Under the pieces are notes generated by a model, which was not told where the DNA came from, searched no databases, and was given only the letters and a program-made list of their open reading frames with translations. A stretch of DNA of 64,000 nt from NCBI RefSeq assembly GCF_022539665.2, contig NC_081333.1, forward strand, positions 11,098,001 to 11,162,000, given 5' to 3'. Each line of letters starts with the position of its first letter. Position 1 is the first letter of the stretch. The position numbers and the translations under genes are program-made. The stretch comes from Daphnia carinata (taxonomy: Eukaryota). This document shows, one piece after another, positions 33,031 to 47,263 of this stretch.

Positions 33031-34923
33031 CAAGTAATGTTTTATTTGCGCTTTCTTTTATTCTCTTTGGATGATTTGTGCAATCCATAATGCCAGCATT
33101 ATTTTCTTCACATTTTTTTTTTATAGAAGCCGCGTTTTTTCAGGTCCATCACGAGCGATAACAAAAGAAAATGCAAGCACATTTTAATGTAGAGAGAGAT
33201 TGTTTGTTTATGTGAGTCAGGGACCTATTGCATTAAAATATAACTAGTGAAATAATTCAGCCTCTGGATATCAATATCACTTTTTTTTTTCATCGCATTG
33301 CATATTTCAACCTACATTTTCGAGTACGTCATTGCTCTCATCGACTATGTACGTATAGACTATGTACGTAGAAATCCACCTTCATACCCACAATGGTCTT
33401 TTAATTCCCGGTGATTTCTCTTGAGGCAAAGTCGCCATCCCCTATGGGCATTCTCTTGTGTCTGACTGAGATAAATCATATAATTATCTGGTTTTCATGA
33501 AGAAACTTTCGTCTTCATTCATCTCGTTTCTGACTTTCTTTGAACTGCTGGCCTTGGGCTGCAAAAGCTATAGTATCATGTGATAAACGAGTGTGCGTAC
33601 ATGCTCTTTTGAAGAAATCGAAAATTTTCATTCGCAACCCAGCGTCAGCTTTTCCTTTTGCATAAATCCATATCAAAACGTTTCGGCAGCTATTCGTCAC
33701 TGACTCATAACCAAAGCACACAAAAAAAGGAAACACATTTTCCCTGCTTTCTGAGTGAAGCAATATTCCGAACTCATTGTTATACATTGCAAAAGAAAGT
33801 ATGATTCCAAACAGTCAATATCCGTAGGATGATCCACTTTTGCTGGAATTTCTACATGAGCGATTGAGTGAACTCGACCAAAAAATGTGTTTAACATAGA
33901 AAACGGTCGTCGAAACAGATAGACAGAAGCGTTTGTAGTAAATCCGACGTAAATCCTTGGAATGTCATGAAGTCGTTCGGTGGCACTAATTGCAAAGGTT
34001 CTTCATTGGCAGTGGTCACTGAAGAGGCAAGACGAGGAAAGTAGCCTAATCACCAGAAGTCCCGATCAACTCTCAAACCAGTCGTGTCATGGCTTTTTCT
34101 CCGCTCAAAAACGTGTCGAAGCGATCACAACATCACGAACGTATTATAATAACTGCGTGCACATTGCCACGCAATGATTTATTTAGAACAACAAAAAACT
34201 ATTTTTTTTTATTCCAAACATATTGTGAAACTTTCTAACTTCGCCCTTCAATTTTCAATGGGTTCAAGACTATGTAAAAAAAAAATACTGATATATTCTA
34301 ATGTTGTATGTGTCTGCTGATTTAAACAAAGTCGAAAAACGAATTTACGCAAACAACTGAGATTGAGATTCTTTAGCTATCGTCTTTTTCCCGTGAAATG
34401 AGGTGGTTGTCAACTTTCGTCAAAACTGGAAGCTTCCAATACGTATTTACGTAAAGCCTTAGTTGCTTTTCAGTTGACAGGCTGACTTTCTAAATGAGAC
34501 AGACCTCCGCATTTCAAGGATTTAAGCAACCAAAAAGCTTTTCTCATCCGTTTTCAGACCACCTTGAAATAACGTTTACAAATAAAAATAGAAACAGCAA
34601 CAACAAAAATGCAGCCCACATACCTACCCTTAGAGCAGTGCTCCAGCTAATCAAGTAAAGCTCATTTTGTTTCCAAGAAATTTAAGTTTGAAATTTAACA
34701 CTTTCATTCCACAATGCTAGAAACTTCATAAACAAAAGTTTACTAAAATGCTACAGCTCTTAAATAAAAGATTTCAAATTACGAGAATTCCTTTATCACC
34801 TTGACCAACAGTAGTATTAAGGAAGGACATCATAACATATTATGCGGTCGGAAACACTCTTGCTGTTATTCTATTTTAAGCTTCTACGCAAAAACCGTTA
34901 AAATGTGTATTTTATGGAAGGTT

Positions 34924-35843
34924 TCACAACAATTCTTTTGAGAACTTTCGTAGTACTGCCTGCCGGTAAAAATCAAAAATGATGTGACTGGCTTTTTGGC
35001 AGAGTTCCATAGCTTCTTGAAAAAGTTGGTATGGAACTTGGCCTTCACAATGGCTCAAAATCAGGTTATATTTTTGACTGTCAAAGGCAAAAGTGAACAT
35101 AGCTTTATAGCCTTCCTGTAATAAAATAGAAATGTTTCGAAATTAATGGTTATTTACAAACAAACATGGACCATACTTTAACTGTGCGGATACATGGATC
35201 AAGAACAATTTTGTCCTTTTTATCCACCAAACAAGTTACTGCTGCTACAAGACACTGCAAAGGAAGACCTGAATCGAGTAAGGCCAGGCATACTGCATTG
35301 ATGGATGCTGACAATAACTAATGTAAAAAAAGATTAAGATAATTTAGGATGATTGAGAAACCATATTCTTATATCTTACAGTTCCTCCATCTTGCATCTC
35401 TTGTACTGTAATACAGACTGCTGTTCTTGGGTGCAAGTTTGTCAAGATAATGTGATTGCATGTTGTCTTGATCAGTTTTTCCTTGCCGCGTTCAGCAACA
35501 CCTTACCGAAACAATCATTAGAGTCATACACAAAAGACAATTTGCGAAAGCAATGTTTACCTGGCATTCCAGTTTTTGGCTTGTAGTTCACTTCAACATA
35601 CATTCTATCGGACAGTTCCTTTTGAATTTTAGCTTCCAATGGCCCATACACTGAAGCCATTACGACTGTGTTCCCTGAGATGTATATAAAGATTAATTAG
35701 GGTTTATGCTAAAGTAATGGGATGAACGGAGCATATGAAGGCTTAAGTTTGATACCTTGTGAAAACATAACTGAACCATCTGCGCGTGACAAAACGCTCT
35801 GTTCACATTTTAAAGCGCGAATGCTTTTCTGTTCAGTTTCCAT
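34924..35843 (-). CDS. EXOSC5: Exosome complex component Rrp46 (RNase PH-like), 5 exons
   Basis: METEQKSIRALKCEQSVLSRADGSVMFSQG|NTVVMASVYGPLE...LHPRTAVCITVQEMQD...SINAVCLALLDSGLPL...VLDP. Confidence 0.93.
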
Positions 35844-36302
35844 AATGAAAAATATTACCGGTGAATTTCAGTACTTGTATGAAACATAAATAGGAATGAG
35901 TCTGAAAATGTATAGGAAACGTGATCGTGAAAAATAAGACGAAGTTGCGCCTAGCGGTTTGCAGACACACGAAGCTTGTTACCATAGAAACGATATCTTT
36001 GCAAAAATGTTTGCAATAAATTTTAAAAAAACCCTATATTTTCACAAATTCAAGAAAAAAAAATATTTACCAATTTTTTATCTACTAAATTTCAATTTTT
36101 AAAAAACTTGTTTTCATTTATCACGAAATAATGGCAACTCTGGATTCAACCCAAAAATTCCCAAGGCCAGTTGCTTTGCAAAGCAGAATCGGTCGGAGAA
36201 CGAGACAGTATTCATTAGGTCGTGACTAGAGCAGCACGCTCACAGACACACATACAGATACACGTAATAGTTTGTTCTTTCTCTCGGCCGAGAAGGCATT
36301 AA

Positions 36303-36341
36303 GTGTGTGTGTGTGTGTGTATGTGTGTGTGTGTGTGTGTG
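36303..36341. repeat. (GT)n microsatellite upstream of the PKD start codon
   Basis: About 19 GT units with one interruption. Confidence 0.9.
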
Positions 36342-36868
36342 AGTTTTTATATATGTATGTCTGTGTAAATGCGAGTGTGCCATCATGATTGGAAAACTAC
36401 GCATTCGTTGAAAAGTTCGGGCATTTCCACCGGCCAGCTCATCTCTCCGCATTACCGAACTTTTTTGTCATCATCAACGTGTTATCACGCTTTGTGCTCC
36501 CAGCTGTGTTGGTTTTAACGGTCGTGTGTTCACTAGTTGAGCAAATTTTGCCGTGCAGTCAAGAGGAGGTAAAACCCAACCTTTTTTTTAAGGAGAAAGA
36601 AACGGAAAAAAATCTATGCGGTGCCAGGGCGGGAGAACGGCGAAAAAAAGGTGATCTCTGCCTCAGGCTATGTGACATTCCAATCAACCTGTTGGTTGCT
36701 GGAACCCGTTTTTTTTTCTCTTCTTCCTAGCTTCCACCTGATTGCGTACACACAGGCCCCACTCCATCGAAAAGGCTGTCGTGTGTGAATTTCACAGCCC
36801 TCCGAAACCCAAATTTCGTCATTATCGTGATTGTGTTTTTTTTTTAAATTTCAAAACAAAGCATCATC

Positions 36869-39800
36869 ATGGATGATGGAAACGGTCAGGTGACCTTCAT
36901 GTTCCAAGTTGGACTCGTTCGAGACTTTATCTCCACGGATGCCTCTCAGTTAACACTGAAAACGCTCAAAGATTTGGCCTGCAATTTTATTAATCAACGG
37001 GTAAGTGTTTCCTACCCAACAGCCACTCAAACACTGATCCAATTACCTCGTCTATGTATCACGATACCTGACAGCGCCTTGAATGTAGTAGTAACCGAAG
37101 AGGCCTTTTCTAATCTGTTGTTTTGATTATGTTCTATACGCTGCAGAGCTAAAACAACCTTGATGGGGGTTACGTTTTTTTTAGGGTTTTTAAGTTTTAA
37201 GCTGTTCAGGGGGTACTCATCTTTCTCCATCCTTTTTCACAAGAGACTGTTGACACATTCCCGATGTCAATTATAAATGGGGCGCGTTGATTAGAAATAA
37301 TCTCATTTCACGAGCTCCAATCGATTTTCATTTACAAAGTTAGTCGTATTAGATTTTAAGGGAAATAACTTTCCTGGATAAACAGAAAAAAAAAACGTGA
37401 CGAACGACATTCTTTTTGTAGTAGTTGCTGACGCTTTTCTCAAGATATTGACGGAAGAAGTTCCATCGGCTTGTTCACGCAATTCACGTTCCCTTGGGCC
37501 TGTCCAGATTCATTTCCTTTTTCCGGCGGATCTCTCGAGAATAGGAAAACCTCCGGGCTCCGTTTTTTTATATTCTCTTTTTCGATTGGGTCAATAACAA
37601 TAGGAATTAGAACCCCATCACATGGCAAGATGTTGCTGATGTTGGTTGCCCCTTTATATTCCTCGTGATTCGTCTGTAAGACTCACGGACACGCACAGAA
37701 TGTTGACCTTGGAGGAGAAATGACTCGTTCGCTGATGGGAGGCAGTAGGAGGAGTCTGAAAAGAATCACGCATTTCCAAAACGGATATGCAAGAGCTTTG
37801 CCCCCATTGAGCATCACAACGCTGTTGGGATCATGCATTGTAAAAGCTTGGCATTTGGATGCGAGCCGAAACTATTATTGTTCGATATTTTTCTTTATGG
37901 AGTGTGAGAGGCTTTTTGGGAACTTTCCCAGATTTCCTTCTCGTCCGTCTCTGCTGAATGCGACGAGACGATTTGATTAATGAGCTACTACTAGCCGTCG
38001 GCGACGTCTGCAGACTACAGTCCTTCCTCTACCACTCAGTCCCGTTAACTCTGTTGTTATTCTATTCGTGTTTCTACCGTGCTGCCATCTACTACTTTGC
38101 AGAATTCATCGCAAATCCACTAGGAGATTCCTTTTCTCCCTTCGCCCGATAGGTAGGAAATGAAATCGTAATAAAACGAAAGGGAAGAAAAGTAATCGTA
38201 AAAAGAAACGAAAAAACAAAACAACAACAGCATTGAAGTCAATTTCGGTGGTCTATCTGATTGTCGTGTGCTGCAAGCTATGCTATTTTCCAAATAATAG
38301 GAATAATTGAATGGGAGTTACAGGAAAAAATAAAGGAATGTTCTCAAAAAATATCTAGACCCACAAAATACAAGACTTCCGTTTCCTTTACCGCATCAAA
38401 TCGTGATTTTGACCCAATTTGAGGTTGTGTTTTTGTGGGGATGTGTGTTATTCTTTGGTTGGTGGGGGTGTGGCTGAATCGTGGATTGAATTCCTGGATC
38501 TCGGCCAGTGAACAGCCGGAGCAAACAACAGCAGGCCAAGAAAAAACAAAAATGGTGCCTTGCGCTCATTTCGTATGCTTCAAGTTTTTTTGGATTTCAA
38601 GTACGGACGAAATAGAAAACAACAAACTTTACGTTCACCATCACCATCAATGCGTGATCAATCAATCAGGAAGGCGACGGTTGAGCACACTGTATACATT
38701 TGTGTGTTTTCCTTTTATTTTATTTTTTTATCTTTTTGCTTTTTTCCATTCGCTAACCAACTCGGCTGCCGCCAGCTGCAGCAGCGCGATCGATACCAAA
38801 CTTTCCCAACTTCTGCAACTTGTGTCCCTTGGCCGCCCCAAAGGCTCGTTAGTTGCTCTCACGCCGTCTTTATATCCGCTTTTGTCATCGAAACTAATAG
38901 CAAATGGATGTTGTAGAGAAAATTCCCTCGCTGTAAGTTTTATTTATTTATTTTTTAAATTCTGTTTTCTCCTCTCCAAATGGATGTTCAACGTAGAAAT
39001 CCGTTATAACCTTCAATGACAGGGTATCACAACCATTACCTTTTCTCGTGATCTTTATTGTCTGATGGGTATTTGTCGCAGAAATAATAATCTGGTAGAA
39101 AAGATAAAAGCCTCTCTCCCGGGTTACTTAAAATAAGCTATCATCTCACTATTGAGTATTCAGATGGCGGCGCTTGTCGTCGCGGCGTTGATGCGATTTC
39201 ACATGGCACAGAGTAGACGCTGCCCCGGAGGACGTTTCAAAGAGGCGCTTGTTGATGCGCAGCCCAACCCAAAAGCCGTCGGCCCTTTTGCGAGGCGCCG
39301 AGAGTGTTTTGACTTGCGGAAGCGTCTACACACTTTCAAGTGGCGTCTTTTTCTTTTTCCCTCTCTATTTTCCCTTTTTTTTTTCATTTTTGCTCTGCGG
39401 CACAATGCGTTCAATCTAGCTGTAGGAATGGAAAGTCATAAAGAAAGGAGCACCAAGATATATCTGCCGGATTGACATTTGGTTCTATGTCGCACCATGT
39501 GATACCTTTAGCTACGTCTGGAGATCACATTCGAAGAAAATGAATGTAAAAATGACCAAGCCGACTCATCCGCTCCATTTCATTATACGAGTCTCTATCC
39601 TTGAATGAAGAGGGGTTGTTATACGATCGGTTTCCAAGTCCTTGACTCTCATAGGTTGATCAGATGTCTTGAGTTTACAATGTCTCCTTTTTTTTTTATC
39701 TTATAGTTCTTGGATCATGGCATCCCACGACTCAACGAGTGTGTCAACCTCTTCCGGCACGATTACACCAAGCCCAACATTCTACAGCTCATCAACTCCG

Positions 39801-42800
39801 CCTCGGAGATCACTGACGACACGCTAGTCGAAATTGTCCTTTCGGGTACGAATGTCATTAAGCCATACTTTGTATATTTGTTACGTCATTTTAAAAAAAA
39901 ACCGTCTTTTATTCTATTCACAGCCAACATTCCCCAAGATGGCGTGCAAATCCGTCCGCATCAACTCAACGTGCACTCGTACAAGTCGCCTGCCTTTTGC
40001 GACTTTTGCGGCGAGATGCTCTTCGGTCTGGTCCGTCAAGGACTCAAATGCGAATGTATGTAATCAAGTTATACACAGTCATATAGCTTTTATTAATTTT
40101 TATATTCATCTCGACCTTGTTTTTTTTTCCAGTTTGCGGCCTGAGTTTCCATAAACGATGCGTCTACAAAATTCCAAACAACTGCTCTTACACACGGAGC
40201 AGGCGATCGTCGTCGTCATTGACGCCGTCGCTTTTACCGCCACCTTCCAACGTCCTGCCTCGCAGTCCGTCCGATTCCATGTCCTGCAGTGATGAATCTA
40301 TTACAGTCAGCGTCATGCGCGTAATTAATCAGATCAGCTTTTACGAGTCTTGAATTTTTAAACCTAATACGTGCGCATATTTTGTTGTTATTGCAGAGTG
40401 TGTCCAACAGCCCGTCAAGCGGCAGCACAAGTCCGAGTATTCAAAAGCACGGCAGGCCTTCCATAAGCGCTGGCCGTCCTTTTTGGATTGAAAAGGAAAT
40501 GGCTGGTCGCATTAAAATCCCGCACACGTTTGTCGTCCACTCGTATACGAAGCCGACTGTCTGCCATTTCTGCCGTAAGCTCCTTAAAGGCCTCTTCAAG
40601 CAAGGCCTGCAATGCCGCGACTGTCGTTTCAACGTTCATCGCAAATGCAAAGACAACATTCCCAACACGTGCACAGGCGAAGCTCCCAAGGAGCCGGGAG
40701 TTGAGACGGGTAGAACTTTCTTTATATCTTTACTTGAAAGAGTCACATCAGCTTATCGTTTTCTTTCGTGAAAGACACTGAGAGCTTAGATGAACAGATG
40801 GCTCCCATGGCCGATGGAGTTGACGAAGACAGTGACGATGACATTTCAATGACCCACAGCCATAACATGGTAACGCATGGTTTATGCATATGTGTGCCCG
40901 TTTAAATTGCTTATTGAGAATTTCCTTCTTCTTCTCTGTACTCCAGCCAGATGACTGTATTCCTGAAGTGGCTGATGACATCACGATCAAAATTCGACCC
41001 AGCAGGTAATTTGAGCAAAATGGGTTCTGAGAAAATTATTTTGAGATAAAACCTTATATTTTTTTTCATCACCTTCGTAGCCCAACCATGAGTAGCAACA
41101 TCCCGTTGATGCGAATTGTCCAGTCGGTCAAGCACACCAAGAGGCGAGGCTCTAACGTCTTGAAGGAGGGTTGGATGATTCACTACACCAACAAAGACTC
41201 TTCTGTATTAACTCTATTATTAATAACAAATATGTTGTTGTCGGTTAAAGTGATTTGTCTTACTATCCTCAGAGACGGAGACACTTTTGGCGGCTAGATA
41301 CCAAATCCATTACTCTGTATCAAAACGAAACTGGAAAACACTTTTATAAAGAGTTGCCGTTATCAGAGATCTTGGCCGTTGAGACCGCCAAAGGTGAGAT
41401 TAAATACTAAGATATCCCCCTGATGATTGTGCTAATTAAGTGCTTTGTAGACCGAATGCACTGTTTTGAACTGAGGACGGCCAACGTCGACTACTACATC
41501 GGGGAGGACCCCAACTTTGGCCAGAAAGAGAATGGCAATGCAGCTTCGGCCCTCCCGCAAGCCCTAGAGACAGGACTCGGTGTCCACTTGGCCAAATCTT
41601 GGGAGACGGCCATCCGCCAGGCTTTACTGCCCCTAACCAACAACTCGCAAGGAGCCGCCGCTTCCGCCTCCGCTCTGACAAGTACACAAAACTTTCACTC
41701 TCTTCTTGGAACTAGTCGAATAAAGCCCATTGTTTTGTAGAACCAGCTGCCGGGGATAGCAATGGTGACAGAGAACAAGAAATCGGATCGGATATCGGAC
41801 AGGTCTATCAAATTTTCCCTGACGAAGTACTGGGATCGGGCCAGTTTGGTGTTGTGTACGGAGGTTAGCGATTGATTTAGTTCGTACCTTCTTACCCTTT
41901 CTATTTTTTAATGTTTTTTCCTCTTAACATTTAAAGGAGCACACCGCAAGACAAATAGACCTGTGGCGATCAAGGTCATCGACAAGATGCGGTTCCCCAC
42001 CAAACAAGCTGACCAACTCAAAAACGAGGTCTGTATTCTGCAGAACCTGTCACACCCAGGAGTTGTCAACTTGGAGCGCATGTTTGAAACGCCCGAGCGC
42101 ATTTTCGTCGTCATGGAAAAGCTTAAAGGCGACATGCTGGAGATGATTCTCTCTAGTGAAAAGGGACGGTTGTCGGAGCGTATCACCAAGTTCCTCGTCA
42201 CCCAGGTTTCCGTTTCGCATCGATGGTTTCTACGATCATAACTAATTCTATGACGTTTTTCTTCCAGATTCTCGTTGCATTAAAACATTTGCATAGCAAG
42301 AATATTGTCCATTGTGACCTGAAACCAGAGAATGTCTTACTATCAACCAACGCCGAATTCCCACAAGTGAAACTGTGCGATTTTGGTTTCGCTCGTATCA
42401 TTGGAGAAAAATCTTTCCGCCGATCTGTGGTCGGAACCCCCGCCTATCTTGGTAAAATTTAATTTTGTTTTCCTCCACTCTAATTACACTCGGAAAAGGT
42501 ACTTATCTTGTTTTTGTTTCTTCAATGTAGCTCCCGAAGTCTTGCGAAATAAGGGCTATAATCGGTCACTGGATATGTGGAGTGTCGGTGTGATCGTCTA
42601 CGTAAGTTTGAGTGGAACGTTCCCTTTCAACGAAGATGAAGATATCAACGACCAAATTCAAAATGCAGCCTTTATGTACCCCCCTAATCCTTGGAAGGAA
42701 ATCTCTTCCGACGGTAAGTGCCTCATTCAATCAAATTATCTATTTTTAGTGACTAATTTTCATTGATTGAACGTAGCCATTGATTTGATTGCCAATGTTC

Positions 42801-43115
42801 TGCAAGTAAAACAGCGAAAGCGCTACACAGTGGACAAGTCTCTGAACCATATATGGTTGCAGGTTAGTTGTGAATGCCTTGTTAGCAAGCAGTTGGTTTC
42901 CGTTCAGGCTTATGGTGCGCTCATCTGACACCACCCATTTTTCTTTACGGCAGGATTATCAAACGTGGTGCGACTTGCGAGAACTCGAACGCCAAATCGG
43001 TATCCGCTACGCCACCCACGAATCGGACGACGCCCGCTGGGAAGCCTACCGCCGAGAGCACGTGTTGGATAACGGTGATCACTTTAATGCCTCTTACGGC
43101 AGACTCCGAATTTAA
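36869..43115 (+). CDS. PKD: Protein kinase D (PRKD/PKC-mu family), multi-exon
   Basis: Two C1 domains ([36 protein letters not shown]), PH domain ([10 protein letters not shown]), kinase motifs HCDLKPEN and [27 protein letters not shown]. Confidence 0.96.
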
Positions 43116-43926
43116 TGTAGTGTGGGCCAAAAGAAAGAAAAACAAAACAAAGAGATGACGTGAAACGGAATAAATAACAATGGCGTGAAGGGGAAGGGAG
43201 TAAGTAGGTGGGGCGCGGTGTCTCTCTTTGTGTGTTGTTTTAATTACAACGGTGGCCTTTTCCGTCGCGCTTATTCGCTGTTACGCCCAATTATTTTGCT
43301 GTCTTCTATATCTAGAGAAAGGAGAAAAAGAAAAATTGTGAAGAAAAACAAAAACAAAAGAAGTGTAAAATTTCCTCCAAGTAGATTTTCTTTTTTCGTT
43401 CCAGAGGGGGAAAAAATATAGCTACGCATCTCAATGTATTTAGGCGGATGCGAGATTCGCGATCAAAGCATCATCTATGTGCAAGTAGCATATTTTAAAA
43501 ATCGTGTCGATCCGTTGTCACCGATGCCGTTCTTTTTAAAAAAATATGTATACATACTTGGGGCTAGAATTCTTGGCTATTTGCCATCCTTACTTATTAT
43601 ATGATAGCGATGCTTGATTGTATCTTCCAGTGCCCGATATTTTTTCGTCTACTTCCTATTCTTCTTCCACTTTGGATAATTGTATCCTTGTCTATTTTGC
43701 CTGTCTTTTTTTTTATTTTTTGCCATCTCTCGTTGATTATTTGATATAATATTTCGTTAAAATCATCAACATTGTTCCATTTGGTGCTGGGCTCTTTTTC
43801 CACCCGATACGTGTATCCATATCTACAGCTAATACAAGAAAACACTAAAATATATTTCACGTCCGGCCATCTTTGGACTGCATCGTGCGTGGGAAATTCA
43901 ACAAATGTTGCACTTACCTGCTGCCC

Positions 43927-44207
43927 ATGAGCGTGATCGACCGTCGGCAAATTTCCTGGTTGTGTAATTCACGGTGTTGTCCGAGAACCCAACAAGAACA
44001 AATAGAGGCCTTCAACGATCCAACAGTTGAGGGACAACAAGCTCAGATCAAGGTATATCGTAAAGTACTTTTACGAGCAACCGTGAGAACTTAACAATTT
44101 TTTTTAAATTAAAGGAAAATTCCATCAACTTACTACGGGATGAATTAGAAGCGTTCGTCGAAGAGCCTTACCTTGTGATTGTACCGGTTACATGTGGAAA
44201 TCGATAG
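43927..44207 (+). CDS. Candidate small spliced ORF (72 aa) just upstream of the ENaC gene
   Basis: Exons 43927-44052 and 44115-44207 joined by a phase-0 62-nt GT-AG intron; no recognisable domain. Confidence 0.3.
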
Positions 44208-44460
44208 CGCATCTGGAACTTAGAGTTGTGTTGACATGGTTCGTGATGGATGTGTTTTCGTGGCAATTCGTCTCCGTGGACGCCCATCGTTATTCATTTT
44301 CGATCTGCTGTAGAGAAAATTGTAAGGTAAGTGAATAATGAAACATTATGTTTGCAAACCTTCCCCTTTTTCGATATCTGGAGGTGTTCGACGATGCAAG
44401 TGTTCAACTATGCCGTGGTCGACTTACACGTAGTCGAGAAGTAGCTATCATCCAAAGAAG

Positions 44461-47263
44461 ATGACTAACAAGCGGGTACCAATCAAGAAGACGTATTCAG
44501 TTTTGAATCTATCAAAAGAGTTTGCAGCAAATACTTCGATGCATGGTCTGAAATTCATCGCCCAAGATGAAGCTTCACTACCAGAGAGGTGATTGTCATA
44601 CACTGTCACGTGCAGTTTTCTTATAAATTACATATTTTTTAATCTATTTTACAAATAGGATTTTGTGGATAGCACTTTTCCTAGTTGGTTTATTATTTGC
44701 CGTCATCTTTTCGTGGAATTTGTGGCAAAATTGGCAAGATTCACCTGTTCTCATCACCATTCAAACTGCTAACTATCCGGTAAAACCATTTACGAATGTG
44801 ATAAAATACAGCGCATTTCTTCTAGTACTTTTTAAATTAACTTATCCTTTCAGATAAAGGAATATCCTTTTCCAACAGTCACTATCTGCAGTGTCAATAA
44901 GGTTTCAACTCGAGCTCTTGGATATTGGATGTCAGCAGACGAGTAATAGCCATTTACTTTGATACATGCTTAATTGTTGTCACACTTATAATTTTCCGGT
45001 GAATTTGGTAGGGCAAAGAATTTCAAACTGGATGATATTCGACGAATTTTGGAAATCATGTCAACTAATCGAGTGGAACACGAAGAAGAGATCGCACGGC
45101 TTAGCCAACTTTTGCTGCAAGCCAATATAAGTAGTAATAAAGGTTACGAAAATCTCATGGACCGTGTAAGTATCTATGCACAATGGCATCATAAGACCAC
45201 AGAATAATAATACTCGTTGTAAATTTTATTACAGCTATCGCCAAACTGTTCAGACATGGTAATCTACTGCTCGTGGGAAGGCAAAGAAGAAGACTGCGCC
45301 TATCTGTTTGACTCCGAAGCAACCGATGATGGATTTTGTTGTTCTTTTAACTCGATCGTCATCGGACGCGATGCAAATTCAATGACTAACAAAAAGTTAT
45401 TTTTACTTCATATGTGGTGAGGCATCTTTTCTTTATAATGATGCCGTCTATTGATTTAGGTTGAGACACGCTCGTACCAGTGGAGTTTACGCTGGACTTA
45501 CCGTTCTATTAAACGCAGAAATTGAAGACTATAACGTTACGTCTTCTTCAATAAGTGGCTTTAAAGTATAGAGCAGCATTCTGTTTTGGAAAAATAGGGT
45601 GTGTTAAAATTCTTGGTTTAAGGTTTCCATCCAAGATCCAAAGGATTTTGCGCGTACTGGACGGATCGGATTCCTTGCAAGCCCAGGGTTCCAAATCGAT
45701 GCGGCTGTTAATGGTCAGACTCAGATAGGAGATGACCAATTAAGGACCATAGATCTAAAGAAAAGATTGTGTACTACCAAACAAGAAATTACGCTTCAGT
45801 ACTTCGAAGATTATACAGGTTGGCATCATAAATTTTTTTGAATATCTCAAGTATTATCCTGAAGTATACTGTCCCCGAGTAGTAGCGGGGGCACTCTTCG
45901 GAAGAGCTTGAGTTCTGCATGCTCCATAGATGGCGTTGTTCGAACGCCAGTACGCTCTGGTATTTGGCAGAATACATTCACTCACCACAACGTTTTAGCA
46001 GAGTACTCTGGTGGGGTCAAATTGCGAAACGTACTGGCGATTTTGTAACGCCATCTCTGTAGCTTAACACGTGTACTCAAGTTGTTTTGCAGGCATTACT
46101 ACTCCTGATATACTTCACGGTATTATTAATATGAGTATTTTGCTTCAGGACCATATTGCCAGCTCGATTGCCTTACAACCCACTTTATGGCCAATTGTTT
46201 TTGCGTCCCATACTATTATCCAGGTAAAGGAAGGATGTTTGGTAGTGGGGGGAAACCATTTTTGTTTATTTCTAACTCAATGGCTTTTGTTGACTTTATG
46301 CAGTGCCCGCCCGACTGCCAGTCTGTAATTTATTGTCTTATCCCTGTTTAGAGAAAGCGAATGGTAAATATTTCTTGGCAGCAAACTGACACCATTTAGG
46401 GTTCGGTTCACAATTATGTATAACAAATATCCTTTTTCCGTGCAAAATATAGAACTTGTGCTGCAAAACTCAAGTTTGTGCGACTGTCCTGATGAATGCA
46501 CCACCGTCTGGTATAGGAATGAGATCTCTAGTGGAACCTTTCCAAATTCAGTCTGGCAATATCCGAACAGTGTCATTAAACGACCGGAATTCAAACGCCT
46601 AAGCACGAATTCCCTCGATGCTTACGCCAAGTACTCAAACTTTTTTCGACGCCGTTCGGTATTTCTATTAATATTGTTGACCCATCAAACGCAGAAAGAA
46701 TTTCGTCAAATTAAACGTCTACCTCAAGTCTGATTCTGGATTGTGCTATATCATGACTGAACGAACTACGTGGACGGATTTTATTTGTAATTTTGTCCAT
46801 TTTGACCTTAACATTTCAATCAGTTAAAAACAATTGGTTTTTACTGGTGTTATCTTTCTAGCCGCTGCTGGTGGGCTGCTTGGTTTAGGCTTCGGGTTCA
46901 GCATTTTAAGTGCGGCGGAACTATTCTATTTCTTTCTGGTTCGTTGGTGCTATCATTGGTACCATGAAAAAAAGCAGCAACAAATGGTTATCCAGATTCG
47001 GCCACCCTATCCGTTGATGCCTGGTCGTCGTCTAATAGAAAGTACGGCAAGATTGCAATTACGAAGAAAATCTAACAGGGTAAATATTTCTTATACTAAT
47101 TTAGCCCTGTGTACTGTGTATTGGGAATAGTTTGTTTTCAATCAAGACCAGTATTGCTGACAGACTTCCTCCGACTTACAAGGAGTGGAATCGTCGTAAT
47201 CACACCGAAAGCTGGGACTGTCTTGGTCAGCCAAATTTAATCCGATCGTGGGTTGATTATTAG
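44461..47263 (+). CDS. DEG/ENaC (pickpocket-type) sodium channel, about 13 exons
   Basis: TSMHGL (HG motif), TM1 ILWIALFLVGLLFAV, FPTVTICSVNK, GFCCSFN, CDCPDEC, TM2 GGLLGLGFGFSILSAAEL. The last exon (to TAG at 47263) is less certain. Confidence 0.9.
45907..46081. mobile_element. MITE-like insertion in an ENaC intron
   Basis: Imperfect ~50 bp inverted ends (CTTGAGT...AGATGGCGTT...CGCCAGTACG / CGTACTGGCG...AACGCCATCT...ACTCAAG); this intron is ~330 bp while its neighbours are ~70 bp. No clear TSD. Confidence 0.6.

Noticed and set aside
33515..34177. Short ORFs between glycosyltransferase 4 and EXOSC5
   Set aside because: No motif and no consistent exon chain.
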